Origin: Lytechinus pictus
Taxonomy: Eukaryota
Direction: 5' to 3'
DNA length: 60,000 bases
NCBI RefSeq assembly: GCF_037042905.1
Contig: NC_087252.1
Coordinates: 13,890,001 to 13,950,000, forward strand
Numbering within the stretch: position 1 is the first letter of the stretch; the number at the start of each line of letters is the position of its first letter. The translations under genes and the position numbers were made by a program. The notes under the pieces are model-generated. The model made no database searches and had not been told where the DNA came from. It was given only the letters and a program-made list of their open reading frames with translations. Of the stretch, positions 26,621 to 39,718 are shown piece after piece.

Positions 26621-28043
26621 GTAAATATAGCGTCTTATCCCCACTTTGTGCAAAGTATTTGATACGTGGAAATTTCCGAAATATAGGCCGATATCTTTTA
26701 AAGTCAGTATCTTTTTTTAAGTTCATTCCAACAAAAAGTTTATTTTAATAACAAGGGGAAACACAACAAGCATAACACTGGACATTTCAACACAAGTCAG
26801 GTGTAAAATAAGAAAGATATCACTGATATTTTATGTTTCGCTTGATCTCACCGCAAATCCTGTTTGATATGCATATGAGGGCACTACTGACGTCACCCAC
26901 TTTTTTTTGCTTTTAGTATATGAAATGTGAAATATTATAATTTTCTCCCCTCCTCTTTGTCACGTGAAACACAATTCTATTACTCCTTGAACATGTACTT
27001 TCGTTGTTGTAGCATTCATGGATTAGGCAAGTTAATCCGTATTGTCAGATCTGTGAAAATTAAAATATGATTTAATTCAAACAATAAAACACAAAAGAAA
27101 TAGCGGGTGAGGGTCATCATTTGCTCACTGATTTGCATGCTTGTAACTGAGTTTTACATATAAATGTTTCGTGAAAAATCTAAACTTTGAACAACAACAA
27201 AAAAAACTTTGTTTTACAACCGATTGTGACGAAATTTACAGCGCATGTTTGATTTTTCTCTATCGACTTGAATATATTCTGGAATGGACCTGACCGTGGG
27301 TATACATTTTTATCATGCATTTATGGACACGAAATCTCCAGCGTCATTTGAATGATACAAAATGATACATTCGTGGATAAAGTAATTGTTTTTCCTCTGG
27401 TCGGACTTTTAAGTCACATCCTTATCGGACTAAAAGTAGGATGTAAAAAGGTGATTTTTAGGGAACAGATTTTATGTGCTTGTGTATTCCTTTTCTCACC
27501 ATGAAATAACAATAATTTTGGTCTTTGGTCCGACAGTCCGAGAACTATGTGTGCGTCTAAAAAATCCGCTATTTTCCCCCAAAATAAAGTTTTTGCCTTA
27601 TGGAATTGTTTCTGTATCCTGCAAGAATTCCATTTATGCATGCTGGAAGAGTAAACGATGATTAAAAAAAACCTTGACACAATATTTGACCAAAACTCAT
27701 ATTTTTCTGCAGAACTTTGCATATGACTTATGTTTCTATAGAAGATGTTTCAGAATCACATTTACATGATGTCCCATTTGAGGTAGTTTATTGTCCCTAT
27801 CAATATGACACCATTATAATTCAAATTGGGCGAAAATTGTGATGTCCCTGACCAAAACCATTCTTTAAAAGGATGTTGTCAAATTGCTGCTATGTCAAAA
27901 AGTCATCATAAAGAATTAGGAAGAAGGCCTATGAGAAAAAACTCTTTTTTAGAATACATATTGACACAACAGTACCCAACAGTACCCAAAGGTATATATT
28001 TTCATCGTGTATACACACACACACACACACACATATATATATT

Positions 28044-28081
<38 letters not shown>

Positions 28082-28105
28082 CGTGTATATAAATATATAT
28101 ATATA

Positions 28106-29904
28106 CAGTGCGTCCCAAAAAAAACTATACACTTTTGAAATGGCTGCCAAATAAAAAAATATAGCAGTTTGGGGAAAAAGACTTACATATATGGAAAGCC
28201 AATAAAGTCAACTTTCAAATGACACCAAAAAGTTGGAAAACTGTTCATGCTTGAGCGAGCACTGCCCACTGAAACAAAGGGTATGAAAATTAGGGTGGGC
28301 TGGAATTAGCCTTCCAATTAATTTATGTCAGTTTTTAAGAGGCAAATCCTTACGAACTTGCAAAGTTAAGGGCGTTGTGATAAATTAATGATCAACCGTG
28401 ACCAGTTTTGGTTGCTTATGCAAATTTTATAAATTATCAAATTGAAGTTTAATGCATGAGTGAACACAAATTACACTTTTTGGGCAGCATTTCAACTTTA
28501 TCATTTGGATCTCTTTTTGGGCAGCATTTCAACTTTATCATGTGGATCTCAGCAGTGTGTTCATGGGAGTCGGGAGAATAGGGGGTGAGATAGGACTTAA
28601 GTGGGAGAAGTAGGTTGATGGAATAAGGGTCAACAGAACATTCAGCCCCCGCCCCCTCCCTCTTTCCCGCCCTCCCCTCCTGTTGAGAGACTGATGGCTA
28701 TTTTCATGTACGCGTGACGTCCAGAGCGGAATGTTGATTTAATGATTAATTCTGAATTGGGGCATCAACTTTTTCCTATCAATCATTTCATCAACAATTT
28801 ATCATTAAATCAACTCATTCAATGTGCAATGTGATCAATCAAACATTCAGTTTTTTTTTCAATAAATTATTTAATTAATCATCATAATCATTAAATTTCT
28901 TGGTAATAATTAAATAAAAAATTACCATCAGCCACCGGTCACTGGGCAGCTAAGTTTCGAATAGGCTACAATCCAGGAAGGGAGACAGAGAGGGGGGCTG
29001 GGAAATGGAGGTGGAGAGGGGAGGGTACATATGACTTTTAATTTGTAAAAGGACAAAAAGAAGAGGAATGCCCTTTTAACCAAGTGTTAGCGTATCTCGC
29101 CCTCTTGCTTGTAACAGGTACCATCACATTACTCTGACTCTCACGAACACAATTCTGAGGTCCACAAGATGAATATGCTACACTAAAATTACAATTTCTG
29201 TTCACTCATGCATTAAATTTCAATTTAGTAACTCATGAAATTTGCCTAAGAAACCAAAACTTATCTCACTCATTAATTTAGCTTAGCAAGTTCCAAAGGA
29301 CTGACCACTCAAAAAATTGTAAGGCTAATTCCTGCCAAGCCTAGCCGAGCTTAGTGTCTGAGGAGGAGAGAAGCGGGGGGGGGGGGTTGAGATGGAGGGA
29401 GGGGTTGCTAAATGTTCTGTTGACCTTTCTCCCATCAACGTTCTTCACCTACCTAGGTCATATTACCCCCTCTTCTCCTGACTTTCATAAACACATTGTT
29501 GAGATCCACATGAAAAAAGACAAAATGCTGCACTAAAAATTGCAATTCACGATCACTCATGAAGTAGATTTCAATGTAATAAATTCAATTTAATAACGCA
29601 TTAAATTTTCACAAACAACGAACTGATCACAACTGATCTTTAATTCACCAAATAACCCTCAACTTTGCAAGTACCAAACAAAAAACCTGAAAGAAATTGG
29701 AAGGCTAATTCCGGCCCACCCTAATTTTCATACCCTTTGTTTCAGTGGGCAGTGCTCGCTCAAGCATGAATAGTTTTCCAACTTTTTGGTGTCACTTGAA
29801 AGTTGACTTTATTGGCTTTCCATATCTATAAGTTATTTCCCCCAAAGTGCTATATTTTTTGTTTGGCAGCCATTTCAAAAGTGTATAGTTTTTTTTGGGA
29901 CGCA

Positions 29905-29907
<3 letters not shown>
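28106..29907. mobile_element. Tc1/mariner-type non-autonomous element
   Basis: ~210-bp TIRs beginning CAGTGCGTCCCAAAAAAAACTATACAC, TA flanks, inserted in a (TA)n tract. Confidence 0.88.
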
Positions 29908-29951
<44 letters not shown>

Positions 29952-30045
29952 AAAGAATGGATGAAGAGAACAAAGGTAGGCGTAGCTTAAATCAAGGTTC
30001 CCCAGAGCTATCTACCCTTTGGAAAAATTGGTGATGCCGAAAAAA

Positions 30046-30117
30046 TGTCTCTGCCGGGAATCGAACCCGGGCCCCCAGCTTTGAACGCCGGTGCCTTAAC
30101 CACTAGACCACAGAGAC
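30046..30117 (-). tRNA. tRNA-like gene, Glu-like body with UCA anticodon (functional status unknown; probably repeat-borne)
   Basis: GTCTCTG-TG-GTCT AGTGGTTA AGGC-A-CCGGC GTTCAAA GCTGG-GGGC-CCGGG TTCGATT CCCGG-CAGAGAC-A; all four stems pair; intact A and B boxes; T6 terminator follows. Confidence 0.65.
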
Positions 30118-30297
30118 GGGTTAGTGGCTAGGGCGACCCCGATCCGATTGACCGTCAGATAGACAGATTTTCGACACCATGCCAATTATAATTTCCTTTG
30201 TCGGGTGAAGGTGGGTTTTGAACAATGACAAGCCGCCATGCCTCAGCTGGATCAAAGCTATTGCTTCGATACAGTACACGTATGGGAGAATACATAC

Positions 30298-30385
30298 AAA
30301 TGTGTAAAGTTATACATGTACAACAGCTTTTGGCAACTCTTTTAAAAGAGTTGCCAAAAGCTGTTGTACATGTATAACTTTACAC

Positions 30386-30389
<4 letters not shown>
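30298..30389. repeat. 92-bp perfect palindrome with no spacer
   Basis: Centre TTTT|AAAA at 30343/30344; arms are exact reverse complements. Confidence 0.95.
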
Positions 30390-30424
<35 letters not shown>

Positions 30425-30548
30425 AAGTCAGGAAAGACACTTTGCAATAGACATTATGTCACAGAGTTTCTATTTTGGTCAATAATGAAATATACCTGCA
30501 AGCGTTTATCATAAGTTTTTGAGTAATTTTTAGTATTTGTTTTTGTCT

Positions 30549-31965
30549 AGAGATAGATAGATAGATAAATGGTATTTATTGCTATAAAAATTCAATTAGC
30601 AGCCAAAGGCTGAATTACATGAATTTGTACAGAGTAAAATTTCAGTAAACAAACAAGCAAAATAGTAAAAAAATAATAACAAAGTATACTAATGTATAAT
30701 ATTGGAAAGGGGATACAAACAGAAAAGTATATACAGAGGGAGAAGTAATGTCAAATGCAGGAATGGGGAAATGTTAGGAGTAGACTAAAGGTATATACCT
30801 TTAACACAATGAATATTTTAACATAAATATATATTTAACCAATTTTGAATGAATAACAATACATGTAGATTAAAGAGTGGATTGTATGAAATAATACTTG
30901 CTTTTTAGAAAAGAAAAAAAAAGCTATTAATTTGGGTGAAATTGGAGGAAAACATGTATAAACATTATAAATGAAACAGTAATCTGGGTTCGAATTGTTC
31001 TCGATATGCTTGATAATGATTCTAAAGAAACACTGTGTTGGTGGTAATAATAATAGTTGGAGGAATCGGAGTAATGAATGAATTATCTCAAAAGGAATTT
31101 AAATTAAAAATAAGAGGACGTGGAAGTAATATGATCTGAATAAAAATATAAATATAAATGTAAAGTGGGTTATAATATTATTATCCAGTGATTTTTCGGA
31201 AAAGAAAGTTGAATGATTACTGGAGAAATTAACAATTAGAAAAATATTTCAAAAGTTAGTTACAGTTTAAGAGAAGCTACAAATAAATCAACAAAGGTAT
31301 AAAGACATAGTTCTTCAGTCCATGGGATTTTAAAAGTCTCGTAAAGAAGGGGACTGGGCTGTTCCTGTAGCGATCAGTTCTACTTCTAGGTTCGATGCAT
31401 ATTCTTCTTGTTCTTAGTGTCCTTGTATTTGTATTCCCATCAAACCATGGGCACCCAGATTCAAAAGCTTTCCGAGCAAACTGTAAGCAAAGTTGATCGC
31501 GTCTACTTCTCAAGGTAGGCAGCTGTGCTGATTCGAGAGCATTCTCATATGAATGATATTGAGAGCCGAAGATGATTCTGAGGGCTCTCTTCTGCACAGC
31601 TTCGATGTTTTGGCTTTGGGCTGAGGTCAGCGAACCGTGCCAAATAGGACATGCGTATTCAAGTAGAGGACGCACGAATCCTGTGAATACGACAATTAAG
31701 TCTCGTAGTGGAAGAGCGAACCGTTTAAGAGATCTTACCATGAACATTCGACGGTTGGCTCGCGATACGATGTCACGAATGTAAGCGTCTCACTTGAGAT
31801 TTCCTTGAATGATCACCCCGAGCAATTTCACCTCGTTTGCGGCACGCAGCTCCTCATTATTGAGATTCACTTGGGTTGGCAGAGGAAGATTTTTCTTGAA
31901 GCACACCTGCATGGTGGAACATTTCCTCGGGTTGAGTAGCAGATGGTTATTACGGCACCATGACT
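30549..31965 (-). mobile_element. 5'-truncated CR1/L2-group LINE
   Basis: ORF2 C-terminus FVRPLLEYACPIW...IEAVQKRALRII...LPTLRSRR (31277-31747); minus-strand AATAAA and (TCTA)n tail near 30549-30580. Confidence 0.8.
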
Positions 31966-32340
31966 CAAGGATATTTCATTGTTGCATAAACTTCCATCCT
32001 CTGTTTAAAGATCAACTGTATGAATTATTAGTTAGTCCTATACAATATTCCATTTTAAAGATCGAAATCCAAAATGAAATTGACAAATCAGATATATCAA
32101 TACTAGGTTTGTAAACTACTGAACACAGCAGTGTAAGCCGGTGAAAACCACGTGAAAGCCTACCGTCGACACTCATGAATATTTTTACCTTATAAGCAAA
32201 ATGCTCAGCTGTCCATATGTGAATATGCATAGAAATTATATTGTTGCATTATTTAGGTCATTTATATCTCCCATTTGTTAATATACTCTTTAGCTCCAGT
32301 CTGGGTCTTTAACAGATTTGACAATAAAAGCCTTCTAGAG

Positions 32341-34298
32341 GGGCGATTCCACACTAGAACTTAAAAAAAAGTACAAACTCTGCCTGAAACAATTATTGGC
32401 AAAGCACGAGAAGATTGAAAATATTGCAGGTCAATGGAATAATGTATCATTGATGGTTCCAAATAATATATACAACATTTTCATGATCCATAATAGGGGC
32501 AGCCCTGATTTTTCCGAACCTGTTTTTGGCAATGTCCCGTACGACACATGAAAATGCAAAAGTTTTTCCTACAATTTTATTTTTGATGATGCAATTTCAC
32601 AATATCAGTTTCTCTTTCTTTGACCCATGGGTGATCGATTTATCCCATAAGGATCTAATTACTGCCCTTCATTGTTCAATAATTGTCCTATTAAAAGTTG
32701 TCCCATACGACACACAATATATAATGCATTTAATTGCAGGATTTGGATTCAGAAAGTTTAAATAGTAGGCCTATTTTAATTCAAGTAATTGATTTGACAT
32801 AAAGTGCACTGAAAAAGTACTTTTTTTTTATCTCCATAGAACATGAAATAGGTGATTCTAACCATTTTAATTGATTTCATGTAGGTGTATTCTTTTGTGA
32901 ATCCCGTCAGCTAAACTGATGATTTTCACTGCTCAGAGCAGGTTAATTTCTTTGTCATTGAGCTTGAAAAGAAAACCTATATAATTGATTCACCCTAGCC
33001 TGGAAGATGACTTCCTCTTGCATGCTAATGTGGAATTATTATAAGATGTAAATAAAAAAAACGTATCAATCATCTATTTGGACTGCCCTTGATGATCACA
33101 ATTTTTTTTTTATATACAGTATTGAAACTCCTTACTTTTTTTCAAGTTGTAAAACAAAATCTAGAAAATAAAAAAACCATGTTGTTTAAAAAAAATCTGG
33201 AAAATAAGACAAACCATATGGTTTCATTAAATGCAGGAATGTTTGAAAAAGTAGAACCGCATTTCGTTTGAAAAACATATTTTGTGGAATTACAAGTGAT
33301 AGTTGTGACATATATCATGTATATATACATTTTATATGAAAAAATTATAACATTTTAGCCCCATAATTTACACAAACAGTTTCATTCATTTATAGTTTAA
33401 ATAGTGTATTGGAAATCATCAATTAATTCACTAAAATATAACTTCACACAAAACCTCAAGTTTTTCAGATCGTAAACATGCTGTGAACTCTTGTACATTT
33501 CCCATCATGAAAAAATGATAACATATTGTTCCCGATTGTATATATTGAGGTTACTTTATTATATTGTCCTGAATGACTACTTATTAAAAGACTTTTCATT
33601 AAAAAGGAAGAATTTAGGGGCAATGCTCCCCTTCTGATTGATAAAAGTTCATTGTTTTATTCAGGCTGCCGAATACAACAAGCAAGTGCCTGTACAACAC
33701 ACAAGTGTCCCGTACGATACATTATTTTGTTTATAATATATTGACAGAAATATTCAGCCAATAGCGGTTTCTAACATAATGAATGTCTTTAGTTTGATAG
33801 GATTATCATTATCATCAGCCAAATAAAGTGACTGAAGAAGTCAAAGAGACATAAAGTAAGAAAGTTTGGCTTCAATTTAGAGATGTCCCTCACGACACAT
33901 TTTGAGTGTCCCGTACGCCACGATGTTCTCGAAAATTTTGATTTGCTTTATTTATTCATGAATGTTTATTTGGCTTCCTCTCATAGATGTGTTTGTTCTT
34001 GGGTAATTTAATATCAATTTGAGTTCAGTTTCTATGAAAATTATCTGTCCAACTCACAGATTTTAGAGTACAAACTTGAGGTTTCTAAAAAGCCACCTTT
34101 TCTGCGTCCGTACGACACATTACTATTTTAAATCTGTATTTTACAGGATGTGAATTCAAGTCACGTTAAGTCTTGGTTTTTCTAACACTCTGGTAGTACT
34201 TCCTGATCACCGTAGTTACTGGAATACTTCTTGTTTTTCTTGTCAAAAAACTGTCAAATATTATCTAAATGTCCCGTACGACACGTATGGAATCGCCC
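32341..34298. mobile_element. Second, inverted copy of the 14434-16615 DNA transposon family
   Basis: Reverse-complement match along its length; TIR GGGCGATTCCA/TGGAATCGCCC; ~200-bp internal deletion near one end. Confidence 0.88.
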
Positions 34299-34936
34299 CT
34301 CTATTGAACCATGAGTAAAAACAAGTTTAATTCCATTTGCCTAGGGAGGAATAAAAATAGTTCATATTATAATAAGTCCTCTGATTTCCATACCAACCAG
34401 GACGTGCATGTAATGTGTAATTTGCTTATTTTACGTCCAACTTTGATTAAATTTAATTTGGGGAATAATAACATGATGGACTCTTTTTTTAAGTTTTGTT
34501 AGTTACTCATTCAATAATCTACTCATTTAGATAATTCATAATTTTAAGAAAAAAGGTTTTTTATAAACAGAGGTTGTATCATCAGACTTTCCTGCGTGTT
34601 CAAGGTGGTCCACAGCTATATGCTCCATTGAACGCGAAATAGCAGGGGGGGAAATTACCTGAGAGGAAACATTCTTTTACAAAATATGCTCACTCAGGCG
34701 TGTGCTGCTTTATGATGCAAATTGATTTTTGTATTATATTTGATCACCTTTGGTTCCTTGTCTGTATCAAGCACTGTATGACACATTCAGATGTTGAAAG
34801 TCTACATGCCTGTAGAATGTAGTCATATAATTGTACTTTGCTATGCACATTTGGCATTGAATCGAGTGCCTTGTACTACTTGCGTACAAAAACGTATCAT
34901 TTCTCATCCAATCTGATATCTCATGGACATTTCGAA

Positions 34937-35006
34937 ATGGCTCTGATAAACGTTTCACTTTTGACTCCCATAGGAGTCGCATCTGTATTCTCCTGCTTCT
35001 TCCAAG
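34937..35006 (+). CDS. Candidate first coding exon 1b (signal peptide MALINVSLLTPIGVASVFSCFFQ-G)
   Basis: Duplicate of 26551-26620, same 70-nt length, CAAG|GTTAAT phase-1 donor. Confidence 0.62.
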
Positions 35007-35510
35007 GTTAATGTAACGTCTTTTTCCCACCTTGTGCGAATGACAATGAGTACAAATTTTGGAACTACGACTCTCAGACTTTTTGGTTGATTCTGTGCCC
35101 CCACTAGCCTGATTTTTGTTAGTGTCTTTGTCCTTGCTAGCATATTTTCCCTCACCAAGTTTATTGTTGGATTCAAATGACCCTTTACCTTTCTTTTTCC
35201 AATAATTCTTGAAAGGAGGCCTATCTCCACTACCCTTATGTGTGACCTCAAATTCATCAGCTACTATGGCTGCTTTACTGACTTCAGTAACTCTATGATC
35301 ATCTAAGTGAGATTTATCGGCAAAAGGAAGACTCTTTTTGAATTCTAGGAGGACAACTTCCCTTAGGCGAACAAAGTCTTGGTCAACTTTCAGTGATCGG
35401 TACCACTTATCGAACATCATTTCTTGTTCCCTAGCAAATTCTACATCTCTGGCCTGATTGTCTTTGCATGTTCCTAAATTGATGTCTGTACGCTTCAGGA
35501 AGCAACTGAT

Positions 35511-36118
35511 AATACACATCAAAAGGATCTTATTCGTCAGCCATTTGAGAGAACAAATGTCACCCTGACCTCCTCTCATATATCATGCATTAAAGAGTGG
35601 AACAATTTACCTGTTGATATAAAAAATAGTAAAACTCTTTTCATGATCAAAAGATTATCAAAAACTTACTTTCTTGACAGATTATGATTATTTTTCCTTC
35701 AATATGTATTTTAAGTTGATGTATTTTCATTTAAGTTGATGACCTACTCAGAATTTATGTTTAGTATGTGCATATGTGGGTGAATGTGGTTGTGTGTGTG
35801 TGTGTATATATGTGTGTTTGTAATAGTTTTCCATTTTATTTTTAGCATCTTAACCTTATATGTATTGTTTTGGTCTCTCTTTTTGTATCTTGTAGATTAG
35901 TATATCATATGTTGTATGTTAATAATCATAAGTATTCCAGGGCCCTACTCACAAGCTTTGCTTTTAAAGGGGTCCTAAAACCAATTCGTCTATGCTATAA
36001 TCTACATGTAATTGATGTATGTTTATGTACTCATTTACATTGTATGTATATCTATTTTGATTATGATGTGATGTTTTTGGTTTTGAATAAATAAACTTGA
36101 ACTTGAAACTTGAACTTG
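35511..36118 (+). mobile_element. 3' fragment of a CR1/L2-group LINE inserted in gag
   Basis: IKEWNNLPVDIKNS-type ORF2 end, AATAAA and (AACTTG)n tail; splits the gag NAY-ELVPEAY-like motif. Confidence 0.75.
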
Positions 36119-36664
36119 ATATGCATTGAGAATTGTTTCTTTTACTGTAGAATAGTCACATGATTGCATTTCAGAGAGCGAAGAATAGACTTTTGCAACA
36201 AACAAAAACACTTTGGAGAAGAGTCCAGTATTCCTCGGGCCAATTTAGTCTCTTGGCCACTTTTTCAAATGACACAAAATATGTATCAACTCCCTCTTCA
36301 TCAAATTTTGGCACAAGGCGAATGTTTTTCGCCACATCAAACCCTTTGGGAGATTTATCTTTAACAGAGTTTGTGTTTGCATGAGCTAACTCCATTTCTT
36401 TCAACATTAACCGGTACTCCAATCTCATTTTCTCCATTTCAATGTTTTCTCTGATTCTTTCCTTTTCAAGGTTTTCTTTGATTCTTTCCTTTTCAAGGTT
36501 TTCTTTGATTCTCTCTTTTTCCAATTCAATGTTTGCCAGTTGGATCTGAGCATCCTCTGACATATTGATAGAAGTTTCAGACTCCTCTGTAAGCTTCATG
36601 TGACTAGCTAACAAGTCAATTATCTCTGCCTCCTTTAAACCTGGGGCGAGAGATACACCCAAAT

Positions 36665-38088
36665 CACTGGCGTAAATCTGTGTTGATGGGTGGGGGGGAT
36701 GACTGAAATATTTTGGCATTTTTTTGCAATCATGTTTTTAGATATGCAAGGAATTGTCACGGCATGGGGGGGGGGCACCAGCAAAATTTTTGAATGACTG
36801 AGTGAGTGACCTAATAGAGACATTTTAAGGACAATGTCATTAAACGGATATGTATCTCACTGATCAAATAAAGCGAGCGCGAAGCGCGGGCTGAAATTTT
36901 TTTATATTCACACCTTAAAAGGGACATAATAATCAAATTTGTGTAATCATGATAGGTACCTGTCTCGCTTAACAATGCGAGCGCGAAGCGCAAGCTGAAA
37001 ACTTAGATAATTCAGACCTGAAGTGGGGCATTCTAAGGTTTCTTTGTAGGAATTAACTAGGACCATAGGTATTTCATTAACCAAATGATGCGAGCGCGAA
37101 GCGCGAGCTGAAAATTTTTGATATTCAGATCAGAAGAAGGGACATTTTAAGGACTGATTTTAGGAATTCATGAAGAGCAGACATATCTCACCAATCCACT
37201 AATGCAAACGTAATCACGGACAGGAAATGTTTCATATATACGAAGACCTTAACATTGGGCAATCACTTTTGAGTCATGAAAAAGAAGCATATGTCACTAC
37301 ATAAAACAATGATAACTCAAGTGCTAGGAAATATATTTGGTTTATATCGACTTGAAAACGGGATGTTTTAGTACAAAAGGATTATATATCTCGTTAAACA
37401 GACAATGCGAGCACCAGGAACAATGAAGACGTAGGCCCTGGGCAAATTATGTTTCATAAAGTTATGATACAAATGTTTCGTATGTTATGTAACTTAACAT
37501 AATTATAATATAATATAACATTATAATGAATAATATTTTCTTCTTTCCCACTACGTTTCTCTTCCTTTCTCCCTCTTTTCTCCTTTCCCCCCTTTCCCCG
37601 TTTTTTTTTTGTCAGCCGATGGGGGGGATGTGCCCCCCATGTCCCCCGTAGTTACGCCACTGTATGTCCATATGGCAAATACCCCTCCAATATTATTATC
37701 TTTTTTACCCCATGATGGTTTAATGGTTTTATTAGAGATTACATTAAAAAAGAATTGACATTCCATCTTAATCCCTTCCCAAAGACCCCAACATTGATGA
37801 ATTGGAAGAAACGGGGGTTTCTCTTCAATTTTATAATAAGGACATAAGTATTTCGTTTGGAAATGGTGAACTGGCTCTTTATTTGCATCTTATGATTCAA
37901 TAATATTATTTTATTTGTTAAGCGGTATTTTTTGAAGAATTTTCACCAATAAAACAATTATCTCTTGTGCCGATTTTTTTTCATTTCTTTCGTAAAAAGT
38001 GGGGGGTGTTTGTACAGGCCATCCCCCCCCCCCTCCTCGAAAAGTGGGGGGGATATATCCCCCCATCCCCCCGGGATTTACGCCAGTG
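36665..38088. mobile_element. hAT-type non-autonomous element inserted in gag
   Basis: TIR CACTGGCGTAAATC/GATTTACGCCAGTG; perfect 8-bp TSD ACCCAAAT (36657-36664, 38089-38096). Confidence 0.88.
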
Positions 38089-39718
38089 ACCCAAATGATC
38101 ACAAACAGTTATCAAATCATCTTTCTTCAATGACTTCAAATTATCATATGACAATTCTGGCATTGCAGGAAATTCTTCAACATCAAATGTAGCCATAGTG
38201 GAATATACAGAAATACAAGCAAGTAATAACACAGTACAGTATATTCTAGAACTTTCCAAACATTTCCAAAATGTTTTCAATTCAAATTGGCTTTTGTTTA
38301 AAATTTGACTTTCTTCTCGAAATGGCTTTCTGTGCAAATTGGCTTTCGTTTCCCGGACAAGCCCCCTAAATTATTTGTTACGATACTGCAACAAATAACA
38401 AGCAAAATTTATTTTTTGAATTTAGATTTGATTTCCTTTTTTATTACAGGAAATATAACATTAATACCAAAACATAAATAAATCCACATTGGTCTTACAT
38501 CAATCTCTTGAAGTGCTGATAATACTCAAGTTCCAAGTTGGCTGGCGAAGATTCCGTAAATGAAAGTTTACAATGATGGCGATGATGAAACTTATGTTGA
38601 AGCACGACGAATATCCAGAGTCACTGTAACAAGTTCAAATGTCAGTGAAGACGATTTTGATGATGATTAACAGTCAATTTCAGCAATCCATGGGTTGAAA
38701 AGTGTTTGTTAAAACAGGTTGATGATCTCGATGTGAACTGAGAATTCCTCTCTCAAAGTAACTGCAAACAGTTCATTGATGGCGTGTAAATAATTCCACA
38801 GAAGATAAATATTCCAGATGGAAATAAAGTCTGCTCTGACATAAAATCTGGCGTGAAACTCTGAGTTCTGGTCTGATATCATGTGATGTGATCTAGTATG
38901 ATGATGTCCTTGAAGAAACTGCCAGCTTATATATACAAATTCCAACTATTCTGGAAGTTTCTAGTGATTGTCTACATTAAGAACATTCTCCTTTTTTCTT
39001 TAGCAATTAAATTCTAAAACATTCCTGAATGACCTCAGTGAAATTAACATGTCGACAACATAGCTAATTCTGTTGTTCATTTTCACTACCACTGGAATCC
39101 TATTGTTCTTTTCCTCTGCCTGAGGAATCTATTGGGGAGCAATCTAATGTTTGGCAGTCTGTTCAGAAATAACAAAATTTCTCTGCCCTTAAATAGGTGT
39201 AGGCATTCTGGAATATTCTTAAAGAGAAAATAACTTAACAAATGATTGTAATTTCTCTTACATTTCTTCTTATATATAACAATATTTTCTGGAATGGACC
39301 TGACCTTTAACGTGGATATACACTTTTATCATGCATTTATGGAAACGAAATCACCAGCGTCATTTGAATTATATATACAAAATGGTACATTCGTGGATGA
39401 AGTAATTGTTTTTTTTTCCTCTAGTCGGACTTTCAAATCACATCCTTATCGGACTAAAAGTAGGCTGTAAACAGGTGATTTTTAGGGAACTTATTTTATG
39501 TGCTCGTTTATTCCTTTTCTGAACATGAAATAATAATTTTAGTCTTTGGTCCGACAGTCCGAGAACTATGTGTGCGTCCGAAAATCCGCTTATTAGCTAG
39601 GGCCATTATGGTATGGTCACATCCCATCTACATTTTAATTGCAGTAAATTTACAGAGTTGACATCAGTTACATTATTAATTCTTCAATAAAAGCTTTGTA
39701 ATTGCTCCCATAAAATAG

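Larger units (their letters stand above)
35038..39281 (-). mobile_element. Truncated Ty3/Gypsy (Gmr1-like) LTR retrotransposon: 5' LTR, PBS and disrupted gag; pol missing
   Basis: LTR 38376-39281 with TGTTA...TAACA ends; PBS-like TAGGGGGCTTGTCCGGGA (tRNA-Pro type) at ~38351-38368; gag motifs IRLVPKFDE..VDTYFVSFEKVAKRLNWPEEYW and FDKWYRSLKV...ADEF; breaks at the start of the zinc knuckle (CTHC). Confidence 0.85.

Noticed and set aside
34767..35579. 270-aa minus-strand ORF as a host gene
   Set aside because: Chimera of LINE antisense sequence, Gypsy gag and antisense of the duplicated leader region
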